Source: Candidatus Methylomirabilia bacterium (GTDB lineage: Bacteria > Methylomirabilota > Methylomirabilia > Rokubacteriales > CSP1-6). Taken from it: a stretch of DNA of 64,000 nt. Positions 52,487 to 61,918 of this stretch are shown here, in pieces. The stretch lies in contig JBHIBG010000001.1 in assembly GCA_046758965.1 (NCBI GenBank), positions 1 through 64,000 on the forward strand, written 5' to 3'. The position numbers and the translations under genes are program-made. How positions within the stretch are numbered: the stretch's first letter is position 1; every line of letters starts with the position of its first letter. The notes beneath the pieces were generated by a model, which saw only the letters and a list, made by a program, of their open reading frames with translations, had not been told where the DNA came from and made no database searches.

Positions 52487-53148
52487 TTGAGTCCAGCGTT
52501 CGTCGCGGTACTGTTGCTTTCATGCTCGCCTGTTGTTGAGGACCGCGAACTCCCCGGGATGGTGAGACAGGCGGGTCCTCCGGAACAGCAGCAGCGCAGG
52601 CGAAGCGGGTTGCACCCCGTTTTCCCGGACGAAACCCGCTGTAAGGAACCCCTCTTTTGGCCTTGGCAGCAGGCACGGTGGTGAGCAAGGGGGAAGGGGG
52701 GCAGATGTTAGGCATCTACCTCTGGCTGCGGCATTCACCGGAAGACACCGGCCTGCCTTACTGGGTCTATTCGAAATACCAGCACCTCCAATCCCTTCCT
52801 CAACTGCCGATAGGTGCGAAGGTGGTCGTGGGGCAGGTGGTCGCACGTTCAGGCAAAACCGGCACCGTAGGGGGGCATTACGGCGCCGATGGGTATCCCC
52901 ATCTGCATCTCACGACGCGCAAGAGCCCAACCGGGGAGTATCAGATAACGGGCTCACGCGTGCGAGCACCGGGCTCGCATCAGATCGATCCGCTTGCGAT
53001 CTACCACCAGGCTAGCCCCAAGCCCAAAGAGTCAGGCGATCCGCCGCCCCGTGAAACGGCGGTTACAATCCCGTACGCGACCACCGATCGCCAGGTCTGG
53101 CCTTAGGGCACCCGTGTTGTGTGGCCGGTTGCCTGCCGGCTGAGGTAG
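52487..53148 (+). pseudogene. M23 peptidase lipoprotein, disrupted
   Basis: Lipobox-like LLLSC piece in one frame; GTPLLA..Y.HL..SGKTG..PHLH in another; HxxxD segment missing; in-frame TAG at 53104. Confidence 0.7.
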
Positions 53149-53271
53149 GGAATCCAGGGCTCGCACCTCCCACCCGGATATCCGGGTGGCCTACCGGCCT
53201 AGGGTTCTTGAGCCACCGCTGCCCCCGATGGGAGTAAAGGGCTCATCGTCTGCCCTGGCGGTGCGGGCATA

Positions 53272-53299
53272 AGGTCCGATAAGAGGAATTATGTAACCT
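53272..53299 (+). other. dif-like XerC/XerD recombination site
   Basis: AGGTCCGATAA-GAGGAA-TTATGTAACCT: 11-6-11 layout with ATAA/TTAT core and a XerD-type arm TTATGTAA; intergenic. Confidence 0.6.
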
Positions 53300-53344
53300 T
53301 CCTGGCCGACCTGGCCTGCCCCCTGACCGGGGTGCCGAACCGTG

Positions 53345-54001
53345 CTACTCGGGAGTCTCCCCCGACAGCCTGGCGAGCAGAATACGCACCTCCTCCGCCC
53401 GCGGGCTCTGGGGACGGTCGGTCAGAAAGCGCCGGTAGGTTTCGAGAGCCTGGGTGCGCTGGCCCAGGAGGGCGTGTAGGCGGGCGACATTCAGGAGGAG
53501 CTCCTCGTACAGGAACTCGTGCGGGGCGAGGCCCTGGAGGCCTGCCTGGAAGGCGGCCAGGGCGTTGGGGTAGTCCCTGTCGGCTTCCCAGGCGTAGCCC
53601 AGTCCCAGTCGGGCGAGCGCTCGGATAGTGGTAGCGCTGGCCTGGTCAAAGGCCAGCTGGTAGGCCTCGCGGGCCCCTGCGAACTCTTTGACCTTGAAGC
53701 GGAGGTCGCCGAGTTGGAGAGCCGCCTGGGGGAGGGCGCTCAGGCGGGGATAGCGATCCACCACGGTCTCGAGCGCCGTGATGGCAGCGTGGCTGAGGTC
53801 TGGCGAGGCCTCGGGAGCTGAGGCCTGCCGGGCGCGTGAGGTGGCCAGGGCAAGCTCCGCGAGCCCCCGCGTCTCGTAGGAAGAGCCCCAGAGCCAGAAT
53901 CCGGAGGCCGCGAGGAGCGCGAGCAGGAAAACGGCGGCGGAGGCGAGTAACCAGCGCCAGCGAGCGGACGGCTCCCGCAGAGAACGGCCTGGAGCTACCA
54001 T
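53345..54001 (-). CDS. Membrane-anchored TPR protein (YfgM-like)
   Basis: Single TM segment then TPR-like helices (ALARLGLGYAWE, ALETYRRFL..P.S). Confidence 0.8.
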   Translation of the reverse strand: MVAPGRSLREPSARWRWLLASAAVFLLALLAASGFWLWGSSYETRGLAELALATSRARQASAPEASPDLSHAAITALETVVDRYPRLSALPQAALQLGDLRFKVKEFAGAREAYQLAFDQASATTIRALARLGLGYAWEADRDYPNALAAFQAGLQGLAPHEFLYEELLLNVARLHALLGQRTQALETYRRFLTDRPQSPRAEEVRILLARLSGETPE

Positions 54002-54152
54002 GGCTCAGAACAGTGCAGCGGCATCAACTGACAAGGTAAATCTACCAGGCGGACGCGCTGCGGACAACAGGTGGGAGGCCTCGGCTCGGTTCCGCCGACC
54101 GAGGCGTCGGCCAGCCTGCGCTCGGCAGCACCCTCCCCTGCTCCGCGGTCCT

Positions 54153-54320
54153 TCACGCCCGGCGCTCGAGCGCCAGCCCTGGGACGATGCGAGCGTTCGG
54201 TAGCCGGCGAAACAGTTCAGGTGAAAGCTTGCCCTCCGGCAGGCTGAATACTGTGACGCCACCGACCGTCATGCCGGTCAGTTGCATCATCTCGTCAGCG
54301 GAAGCAAAGGAGAGTATCGG
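54153..54320 (-). pseudogene. YbaK/EbsC (ProX-like) remnant
   Basis: Hand translation LSFASADEMMQLTGMTVGGVTVFSLPEG|KLSPELFRRLPNARIVPGLA; N-terminus and an internal segment missing. Confidence 0.55.
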
Positions 54321-54370
54321 GCTCGCGGCTCATGGGCGAGCTTGCTCGATTGTCCAGCCCAAAACCTCCG

Positions 54371-54592
54371 CTAGCAAGGCCTGGGAGCATTGGGTTGCTC
54401 CCATGTCAGCCTCCTGCCCGTCAGCCTCAAGACAGCGGCGTCGTGGGCGGGCCGACGGCCCGTGGAGCGCGCGAGCACATCGCCCCCGAGGGTCCCGCTC
54501 CGGTTCATGGGATCCTCCCTCTGGAGCTGGCGGGAGACCCGATAGGGATCGGCGATCACCTCGGGCAGCCTCGGGTTGTAGTCGACGGCCAC
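54371..54592 (-). pseudogene. Cytochrome P450 remnant
   Basis: RBS + GTG; YNPRLPEVIADPY..QLQREDP...LGG.VL.R matches bacterial P450 N-termini; no haem motif. Confidence 0.5.
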
Positions 54593-54623
54593 GCTCGTAC
54601 TCCTTCGTTGCGAACGGCTGGGA

Positions 54624-55085
54624 CTATGAAGCGTAGTAGCGGTAGATCGCCTCGGCCACACACACCGGCTTATCGCCGCCTTCGACTTCGAACGACAGAC
54701 CCACGGTCACCTGCTGGCCACCGGGCACATCTTCCACGCTGTTGAGCGTGCCCCGCAGCCTGACTCGCTTGCCCACCGGCAGAGGAGCTGGGAAGCGCAG
54801 GCGGTTGAGGCCGTAATTCAACCCCATGCGAACGCCTTCGACAGACCAGATCTGGTGGATGAGATAGGGAGCGAGGGAGAGGGTGTAATACCCGTGGGCT
54901 ACCGGACCGCCAAAGGGCGATTCTTTCTTGGCGCGTTCCACATCCACGTGGATCCACTGATGGTCGTGTGTGGCGCCGGCAAAGCCGTTGATCTCCTCCT
55001 GGGTGACCAGATGCCAGTCGGAGACTCCGAGCTCCTGCCCGACCAGCGACTTGACGTCTTTGTAGTCGATCACCTTCGCTGTCAT
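54624..55085 (-). CDS. MaoC-family dehydratase
   Basis: ATHDHQWIHVD, PVAHG, NYGLNRLRFPAP, KPVCVAE. Confidence 0.92.
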   Translation of the reverse strand: MTAKVIDYKDVKSLVGQELGVSDWHLVTQEEINGFAGATHDHQWIHVDVERAKKESPFGGPVAHGYYTLSLAPYLIHQIWSVEGVRMGLNYGLNRLRFPAPLPVGKRVRLRGTLNSVEDVPGGQQVTVGLSFEVEGGDKPVCVAEAIYRYYAS

Positions 55086-55105
55086 AACGCGTTCCTCCGT
55101 TTTCA

Positions 55106-55538
55106 TCAACATCGGGGCCTCCAGCGCAACCAGCCCAGAGTGGGGGAGAGCGAGCGTGGGTCGAGTTGTTGATCGTCCCAGAGCTGCCTACTGCCGGTCA
55201 AACGCACGCACACCCTCCGAGCCGAGCTCGTGGAGCGTCTTCGCCGCGATCCCCACCAGTTCGTTCTCGCGAATGCCCGGCCGGAGCGCACAGTACAGCT
55301 CCTCGTCCACAGCGTCGACCATCATGGCCGCGGTGTTCAGGAGGATGATTTCATCGCGGGTCTTGATGCGTCGTGTTCGTGATGTACGGGATGTTGTACA
55401 TGTCAAAGCAGAGCACGCCACCCAGTTCGGACGGCTCCAGTTCGGTCCTCACCCGCGCCAGCCGATTCCACCGGAGGCGGTCGAAGTTCACCCGCTCTTC
55501 CCATCGACGCCCATCGTCCTGAACGTCGGCACTGTCAT
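55106..55538 (-). pseudogene. M24 (Xaa-Pro peptidase-like) remnant
   Basis: Frameshifted pieces: GVD/EERVNFDRLR..CFDMYNI and RIKTRDEI..LRPGIRENEL; large deletions. Confidence 0.7.
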
Positions 55539-56443
55539 CACGGACTCCCCTGTGCCTTCGGGCTGGCGGGCAGCCCGCTCATGCAAGCCAGGATGTCGAA
55601 CACCACCGCGAAGTCGTGCTCCGTCACGCCGAGCCCCCGGGCCGCGGTCAGCACCTCCTGCGCCAAGGCGGTGCTGGGGAGCGGTACGCCGCCGGCCCGG
55701 CCCAACTCGAGAGCCAGCTGCAGGTCCTTCTGCATCATGGCGACGTTGAACCAGGCCTCCTGCGGCATCTGGAGCACGAAAGGCCCACGGTACTTCAGCA
55801 TCGGCGAGGCGACGACGCTTGTGAGCAGCGCCTCCACGGCCCGCTCGCGCGCGATCCCTCCCTTCTCGGCCAGCAACACCGCCTCGCTGAAGGCCAGCAT
55901 CTGCACCGCCAGGCAGAGGTTTGTGGCGATCTTCATCGTCACCGCGGATCCGAGCGGCCCCACGTGCGTGATCGTCGGTCCGATCGCGAGCAGGCACGGA
56001 CGCACGCGCTCGAGCACGGTAGCCTCACCACCGACGAGGATTGAGAGCTGACCGCGCTCCAGGGTGACGATGCTTCCCGACACGGGCGCATCCAGCATCG
56101 CCGCGCCCCGGGACCCGGCCTGCGCGCCCAGCATGCGCGTGACGGCCGGGCTCACCGTGCTCATCTCGACCCAGGTCGCCCCGGCGCGGAGGCCCGCGAC
56201 GATCCCCTCGGGGCCGAGCGCCACGGCGCGTAGCGCTTCCGTATCGGACACCATGCTCAAAACGACGTCTGCACCCTCGGCCGCGGCGCGGGGTGACTCC
56301 CCCATGCACATCCCCTCCGCGACCAGCGGCTTGGCCTTTGCGCGCGTCCGGTTGTAGCCGACGACTCCGTGGCCGGCCACGAGCAGCCTCCGCACCATGC
56401 GGCTGCCCATCGCCCCAAGCCCGACAAACCCGAACGTCGCCAT
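55538..56443 (-). CDS. NAD(P)-dependent beta-hydroxyacid dehydrogenase (HIBADH/GarR family)
   Basis: GFVGLGAMG, DAPVSGS, MKIATN, F...MMQKDL. Confidence 0.92.
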   Translation of the reverse strand: MATFGFVGLGAMGSRMVRRLLVAGHGVVGYNRTRAKAKPLVAEGMCMGESPRAAAEGADVVLSMVSDTEALRAVALGPEGIVAGLRAGATWVEMSTVSPAVTRMLGAQAGSRGAAMLDAPVSGSIVTLERGQLSILVGGEATVLERVRPCLLAIGPTITHVGPLGSAVTMKIATNLCLAVQMLAFSEAVLLAEKGGIARERAVEALLTSVVASPMLKYRGPFVLQMPQEAWFNVAMMQKDLQLALELGRAGGVPLPSTALAQEVLTAARGLGVTEHDFAVVFDILACMSGLPASPKAQGSP

Positions 56444-56874
56444 CAACCCTCGTCGACGACCGCGATCGCGCTGATCTCCACCTTGCAGCGCGGATGAGTC
56501 GCCAGGCGTGCGACCTCGACGGTCGTGGTCGTCGGCAGATGGCTGCCCAGGTAGGACGCCCAGACCCGGTTGAGCTCATCCTGCTCGCTCACGTTCGTGA
56601 GGTAGCGCGTCACGGCGACGAGGTCGGAGAGGCTCGAGTCGGCAGCCTCGAGCGTCTTCTTGAGGTTCTCCATCGTCAGCACCGCCTGCTCCCGCATGTC
56701 GGGGGGCAGATCGAACTCCTCCTCGCGGTGCGGGTGGCTGTGGTAGACAGGCGCGGCTGTGACGCCCGAGACGAATATGAGTCGCCCCCGGCGCACGACG
56801 ATCGCCGGGGCGTACGGCATCACTACGTCAGGACGCCGATTCGCGTGGTGAACGATCGACAGTTCCTTGGCCAT
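56443..56874 (-). CDS. Rid (YjgF/UK114) family protein
   Basis: PYAPA, IFVSG, EQ..ENL, VEISAIA. Confidence 0.88.
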   Translation of the reverse strand: MAKELSIVHHANRRPDVVMPYAPAIVVRRGRLIFVSGVTAAPVYHSHPHREEEFDLPPDMREQAVLTMENLKKTLEAADSSLSDLVAVTRYLTNVSEQDELNRVWASYLGSHLPTTTTVEVARLATHPRCKVEISAIAVVDEG

Positions 56875-57557
56875 ACGGGATTCACCACCAGGCGAAAGCG
56901 AGACCCGAGCGGCGCGAGGAGCCCGAGGGACTCGTCGGCTCGATGGCGACCTTACACCACCACGACGCTGCCGTTGATGTCAAGTGTGGTCTCCCCGTGA
57001 TCTGGCCGGCGGGGTCCGACACTAGGCAGAGCGCCGGATCGGCGCTCTGCATGCTCCGGTTCGCTTGCTGGCCGGAAACGAGGCCAAAACCCTTGGCGTG
57101 AGCAAGGAGATCTCACACCACGCTGGCACGGACCCCTGCTCCACGGCCGGAATACTCCAGAGGACGGAACCGAAGAGGCTGGCCTGTGGAACTTCGCGGC
57201 GTCGTCCGAGCCACGTGGCGACAGTGAAAGGCCGCTCGTGGCGGTGCCCGTGCGGCCCTTTGCTGGATGCGACCACGTGACGACAGAGCCAACGATATTA
57301 ATAGGTTATCAATATCTCGATGAGATATCACTGAAAGCATTATCGTATACCGGCATCGCCTCCCAAACCGATGCTGCCGCTGGTGCCGAATTCCCCTACC
57401 CTCCTCCGCCGGTCTTCCCCTGCCCTCATCTGTGGGCTACGATACCGGCCCGTGGGGGCCCTAACGGGCTCAGGGCGCTGGTGGTCCGTTGACTTTCGAA
57501 CGCAGCCGTCTGCTCCTAGGGGACGCGGCGGAGGCGGGCGCTTTGGGGGAATGAGGG

Positions 57558-58694
57558 ATGAAGATTCGAGAGATCAGGACGTACCGATTACGGGCGGAGC
57601 TTTCTGAAGACGAGGTGTTTGCCTCCTCCAAGGGGTGGCATAAGGCCAGGACGGCATCGCTGGTCGAGGTTGTCTCGGACGAAGGTGTCAGCGGCTTCGG
57701 AGAGGCCTATGGGCCAGCGGCAGGGAGCCGGACCATCGTGGAGGAACTCTATAAGCCTCTCCTGCTCGGGAGGGACCCTCTGGAGATCCAGGTCCTCTGG
57801 GAAGAGCTGTATAACACCTTCCGAGATTACGGAAGAAAAGGGCTGCCCATCGCCGCCCTCTCGGCCGTGGACATCGCCTTGTGGGATTTGAAAGGAAAGG
57901 TGTTGGGGCTGCCTATCTCTACGCTGCTAGGCGGGGCGTTCCGGACAGAGGTGCAGGCCTATGCCACGGGCCTCTATCGCCGTGGCGTCTCCGATCAAGC
58001 GCGGGCGTTGGCCGACGAAGCTAGGGCGTACGTCTCCGAGGGCTTCCGCGCCATGAAGCTGAAGGTCGGCTTTGGCATCGAGGAGGACCTCCGAAACGTC
58101 CGAGCGGTCAGAGAGGCGATAGGAGAAGAGCGGCGCTTGATGGTGGATGCCAATCACGCCTACGACGCCACCCAGGCGATCCGGCTCGGCCGCCTGATGG
58201 AACCATACAACCTGTATTGGTTCGAAGAGCCCGTCGTGCCGGAAGACCTCGACGGCTACCTTCAGGTGAAGCAAGCCTTGAGGATCCCGCTCGCAGGAGG
58301 GGAAGCGGAGTATACGCGCTGGGGTTTTAGAGAGTTGATCACAAAACGGGCGGTAGACATTGTGCAGCCGGACATCTGCGCATGCGGGGGGGTCAGTGAG
58401 GCTCTGAAGATCTGGGCACTCGCGTCAACCTGGGGGATCACCTACTACCCGCACGTGTGGGGATCGGCTGTGGGTCTTTACGCTAGCTTACAGCTGTCAG
58501 CAGCCCTGCCTCCGAACCCCCTCGCCCTCTATCCGGCCGGGCTGCTCTTCGAACTCGACCGGACACCGAATCCCTTCCGCGAGAACCTCGCTACCGAGCC
58601 TCTTGTCCGGAAAAGGGATATGATCGAGATCCCGACAGGGCCTGGCCTGGGATTGGAACTTGATCGGGACGTGCTGGCGCAGTATGCTGGCTAG
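57558..58694 (+). CDS. Mandelate racemase/MLE family enzyme (galactarolactone cycloisomerase-like)
   Basis: DIALWDLKGK, KLKVG, DAN, WFEEP, GE, QPD, PHVWG, ELDRTPNP. Confidence 0.88.
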   Translation: MKIREIRTYRLRAELSEDEVFASSKGWHKARTASLVEVVSDEGVSGFGEAYGPAAGSRTIVEELYKPLLLGRDPLEIQVLWEELYNTFRDYGRKGLPIAALSAVDIALWDLKGKVLGLPISTLLGGAFRTEVQAYATGLYRRGVSDQARALADEARAYVSEGFRAMKLKVGFGIEEDLRNVRAVREAIGEERRLMVDANHAYDATQAIRLGRLMEPYNLYWFEEPVVPEDLDGYLQVKQALRIPLAGGEAEYTRWGFRELITKRAVDIVQPDICACGGVSEALKIWALASTWGITYYPHVWGSAVGLYASLQLSAALPPNPLALYPAGLLFELDRTPNPFRENLATEPLVRKRDMIEIPTGPGLGLELDRDVLAQYAG

Positions 58695-58818
58695 CGTGCC
58701 GCAGCAAGTCGAGCCGGAGACGCCCACGGTTGTGCCCGATCGCGGCGTCGGCGATCGAGACGCGGTGACGGATCGGGTGCAGCTCGTCGAGGGACCGCAG
58801 GCGAGAGGAGGCGGCTAG

Positions 58819-59028
58819 ATGATGAGCCTGTTCGGATCTTTTACCTTCACCTGGTGGCAGGTGGGGCTCCTGAAACTCTCGATGGTTGCCCTGGGGCTCG
58901 CGGTCGGTGCGACCTGGTCCGAAGCGTTTGCTGAGTGGCTGGCTCTGCTGTGGGCTCTTTTTGTCATTCCGGCTCTTTACCTCGGCATTGTGGGGTATAA
59001 ACAGCTGCTGAGCGTCGGCCGAAGTTAG
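58819..59028 (+). CDS. Small two-TM membrane protein
   Basis: RBS GGAGG; FTWWQVGLLKLS; two hydrophobic helices. Confidence 0.6.
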   Translation: MMSLFGSFTFTWWQVGLLKLSMVALGLAVGATWSEAFAEWLALLWALFVIPALYLGIVGYKQLLSVGRS

Positions 59029-59089
59029 CTGGCGACCTCTCGGTGACACCCTTCTCCGACACGCCCTGCCCGTTGGCTCGAGCGCCTGT

Positions 59090-60337
59090 TCAATCGTTGT
59101 CCTGCCTCACCCCCACGCACGTCGTGACCGGGAACTGGCGACTGAACACTCTTCTGAAGGTGTTCCACTCCCGATTGGCAAGCTCCTGGTGCACCCAGGC
59201 TTCGGCGTTCGTGATCTCTTCGCCCAGCAGCCCTGACTGGGCTGTCCCTCGGGTCACGATCAGGTAGTCGATCTCATTCTTCGGGGTCAAGGGCACCCCG
59301 GCCAGCTGGGTTGCGGGGTAGGTCGCCCCGGCAAGCACAGCCCATTCGCCGCTGTTCAGCTCCTCGAAGAACCGCTCCCGCTTGTCGTCATAGTTGCTGG
59401 CGTTGAAGTTGCCGCCGAGGAGTATGTCGAACTCCCCTGAGGGGAGGACCGTGCCGTCTGTCCTGGCCTCCGCCAACTTCCGGAGCAGGAGGGCCATGGC
59501 AGCGTCATGATTGCGGGTTCGGTGCTTGCCTGACGCCAGATGGAGGCCCACGATGAGCAGATCATTCTGGGGCTGGCCGTTGTGGAGGAAGGTAAAGTGC
59601 CCCATGAGGGGATTGCGGGTGAAGAGATCGCTCCCCTCGACGATGATGCGGGGCACTGGGATTTCGGCGGCGGCGTTGAGGCGGGCGTAGCGGGAGTCCC
59701 AGAGGAGCGCCACCCGCTGGCTGCCGCCGGAGCGAGTGATGAGGTACTGGAACGAGGGGCCGAGCTCTCTGAGCAGGGCGTCGAGCTCCGCTGACCGGGG
59801 CTGGACCTCTCCCGCCTCTTCCCGCTCCTCTCCATTGATCTCGTTCAGGATCAGAATCTTGGCGGCCACAGCGTCCCGAATGGCTGCGGCGATCGCGGTG
59901 AGATCCAGGGCCGTTCGAGGCAGATAGGTTGGCCCGCCTCGGCCGTTCTCGGGAAACCCACGCTTCTTGCCGCTGTGGAACTGCTCGAGGTTCCAGGTTC
60001 CGACGCGATAGCAAAGGCCGCTGGGGGCGGGGCCGGCAGGCACTATCTGGGCGACGTAGCGCGGGGTGATCCAGGCGGAGTTACCGGCCCCGTCGTCCAC
60101 CTGAAACCAGCCGGTGGTCGCGTCAACCGCCGTGACAGTGACGGTCATGCCTCCGGGAAAGCTATGGGACACGCCCGGGTTTCCAGGTGCCGGGTGGCCA
60201 GGAACCCCGAAGGCCCGCTCGACCAGGAGGACTCGGTCGCCGACACTCTGGGCCCTGGCGGGCAGCGCGGACATAGTGACAGCGAGGAGGGCTAAAAGGG
60301 CAGCACGGGCGAGAAGGCTTATGCGCAAGGTATACAT
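59090..60337 (-). CDS. Secreted SH3-like + endonuclease/exonuclease/phosphatase-fold protein
   Basis: Signal peptide ending ARA; GWFQV..AWI..Y SH3-like segment; TWNLE, LNEI, HL, GGNFN, IDY, S..PV. Confidence 0.78.
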   Translation of the reverse strand: MYTLRISLLARAALLALLAVTMSALPARAQSVGDRVLLVERAFGVPGHPAPGNPGVSHSFPGGMTVTVTAVDATTGWFQVDDGAGNSAWITPRYVAQIVPAGPAPSGLCYRVGTWNLEQFHSGKKRGFPENGRGGPTYLPRTALDLTAIAAAIRDAVAAKILILNEINGEEREEAGEVQPRSAELDALLRELGPSFQYLITRSGGSQRVALLWDSRYARLNAAAEIPVPRIIVEGSDLFTRNPLMGHFTFLHNGQPQNDLLIVGLHLASGKHRTRNHDAAMALLLRKLAEARTDGTVLPSGEFDILLGGNFNASNYDDKRERFFEELNSGEWAVLAGATYPATQLAGVPLTPKNEIDYLIVTRGTAQSGLLGEEITNAEAWVHQELANREWNTFRRVFSRQFPVTTCVGVRQDND

Positions 60338-60379
60338 AGCTACCGGATCAACAGCTACATTTTCATTGTGCGGGGGGCG

Positions 60380-60640
60380 CCCGGCGGCTGTCAAGTTATT
60401 GGCGAGGGGCGGATTCATGGCGCTGTGGCTCAGGAGGCGGGCTGGGCCTTGCTCGAACGCATGGCCTATGACGGCCACGAACGGTTCCCCTCCGCGACGC
60501 TCCCGGACTACGCCCTGCCCGCCGTTGACCAGGTACCGTCTGTCGAGGCGGTGCTCGTCGAAATGCCGTCGGCCTCCGGCCCGTTCGGGGCCAAAGGGGT
60601 TAGCGGGCCGCCCCTCATCGCGACCGGCTCTTGTCGCCCC
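60380..60640 (+). pseudogene. C-terminal fragment of xanthine/CO dehydrogenase family molybdopterin subunit
   Basis: EGRIHGAVAQ.AGWAL.E, DYALP, GPFGAKG; remainder of the gene absent. Confidence 0.7.
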
Positions 60641-60777
60641 GCCTGCTTTGCGCTTATATGTATGCGTGAGAAGCGACAAGGTTCAGGTCACACGTTGCAT
60701 TCTCGTTCCCGCCTCGACGGATGAGAGGATTCGGGAGCTTGGCTCCCGGTGCCGAGCGCGGCAAGGAGGCTCGAGCT

Positions 60778-61413
60778 ATGACAATTCGCATCACACGCGT
60801 GTACACGCGGACCGGCGATGGAGGGACTACTGGTCTGGTTGGGGGCAAGCGCGTGCCGAAAGATTCACCGCGGATCGCAGCCTACGGCTCGATCGACGAG
60901 CTCAACACGGTGCTCGGTCTCGCGCGCGTCTTCAACGCAGAGCGGCTCGAGGAAGGTGACAAGCACCGCTGGCTCGACGAGGTGTTCCGACGCCTCCAGA
61001 ACGAGCTCTTCGATCTGGGTAGCGAGCTGGCAACGCCCGAGGACGCGGTCTATGAGGGGATGTTCAGAACCGGCGACGCCGAGGTGAAGGAGCTCGAGAC
61101 GCTCATTGACCGCTGCCAGAAGGAGCTCGAGCCGCTCGAGTCGTTCGTCCTGCCGGGCGGCGGGCGCATCAGCGGGTTCCTTCATCAGTGCCGCACGGAG
61201 TGCCGCCGCGCGGAGCGCGAGATCCTCGCCCTCTCCCGCGTGGAGCCGGTCGGCGAGGGAGTGCTCCGCTATCTGAACCGGCTGAGCGACCTCTTCTTCG
61301 TGCTGTCGCGCTGGGTCGGCAAACATCTCGGGGAGAGCGAGTACCTGTGGGAGCGGGGGCTTCAAAGCCACGCGCGCAAGAGGCGGGAGCGACACGTCTC
61401 GAAGGGCGGCTAG
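60778..61413 (+). CDS. pduO: Cob(I)alamin adenosyltransferase, PduO type
   Basis: VYTRTGDGGTT, YGSIDELN, FVLPGG, RRAER, YLNRLSD; RBS AAGGAGG. Confidence 0.95.
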   Translation: MTIRITRVYTRTGDGGTTGLVGGKRVPKDSPRIAAYGSIDELNTVLGLARVFNAERLEEGDKHRWLDEVFRRLQNELFDLGSELATPEDAVYEGMFRTGDAEVKELETLIDRCQKELEPLESFVLPGGGRISGFLHQCRTECRRAEREILALSRVEPVGEGVLRYLNRLSDLFFVLSRWVGKHLGESEYLWERGLQSHARKRRERHVSKGG

Positions 61414-61473
61414 TGGCGCCCGGTGGGGGAACGGCGGGGCCGAAGCCCCGGGCCGGTGGATCGCCGGCGTGGG

Positions 61474-61869
61474 TCAGGCGCAGCCGGATCGCGGCGTGCC
61501 AGGCGCCCGACCAGGGACGAGGGAGCAGGCGAACGTCGCGGGATGCTCGCGGTATTCGTCGAGTGTGGCCCGGAGCCGTGCCAGAGTCCGCTCACGCTTG
61601 GCGAGGCCCAAGCCGTAGATTGCCAGGTCGTTCACGAGCCGCACGTAGAAGAGGTGGTGCGCCTCCCCACCTTCGCGCATCACGCACGGAGAGGGCTTCT
61701 GGGCTATGCGCAGGGGCCCGCCAAAGGCGTTCACGTACTCCGCCAGGATCGGTTCGTCAGAGAGGTCTCGGGGCACCTCGGGGAACCGGGCCAGGAACTC
61801 GTCCACCGTGATCGGCGTGCGCGCCGCCCGCCTCTTCTCCTCGAGCTCACGCGACAGAGGAATCTGCAT
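61474..61869 (-). CDS. Hypothetical protein (131 aa)
   Basis: Protein-like composition; fills the gap between pduO and the next gene; no family recognised. Confidence 0.55.
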   Translation of the reverse strand: MQIPLSRELEEKRRAARTPITVDEFLARFPEVPRDLSDEPILAEYVNAFGGPLRIAQKPSPCVMREGGEAHHLFYVRLVNDLAIYGLGLAKRERTLARLRATLDEYREHPATFACSLVPGRAPGTPRSGCA

Positions 61870-61918
61870 GGTCAGGCCCGAGTATAGCCCCTCCCACCGC
61901 GGTAGACAACTCAGAGAG

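Noticed and set aside
53104..53106. In-frame TAG as pyrrolysine or programmed readthrough
   Set aside because: The same gene also has a frameshifting deletion, so a nonsense mutation is simpler.
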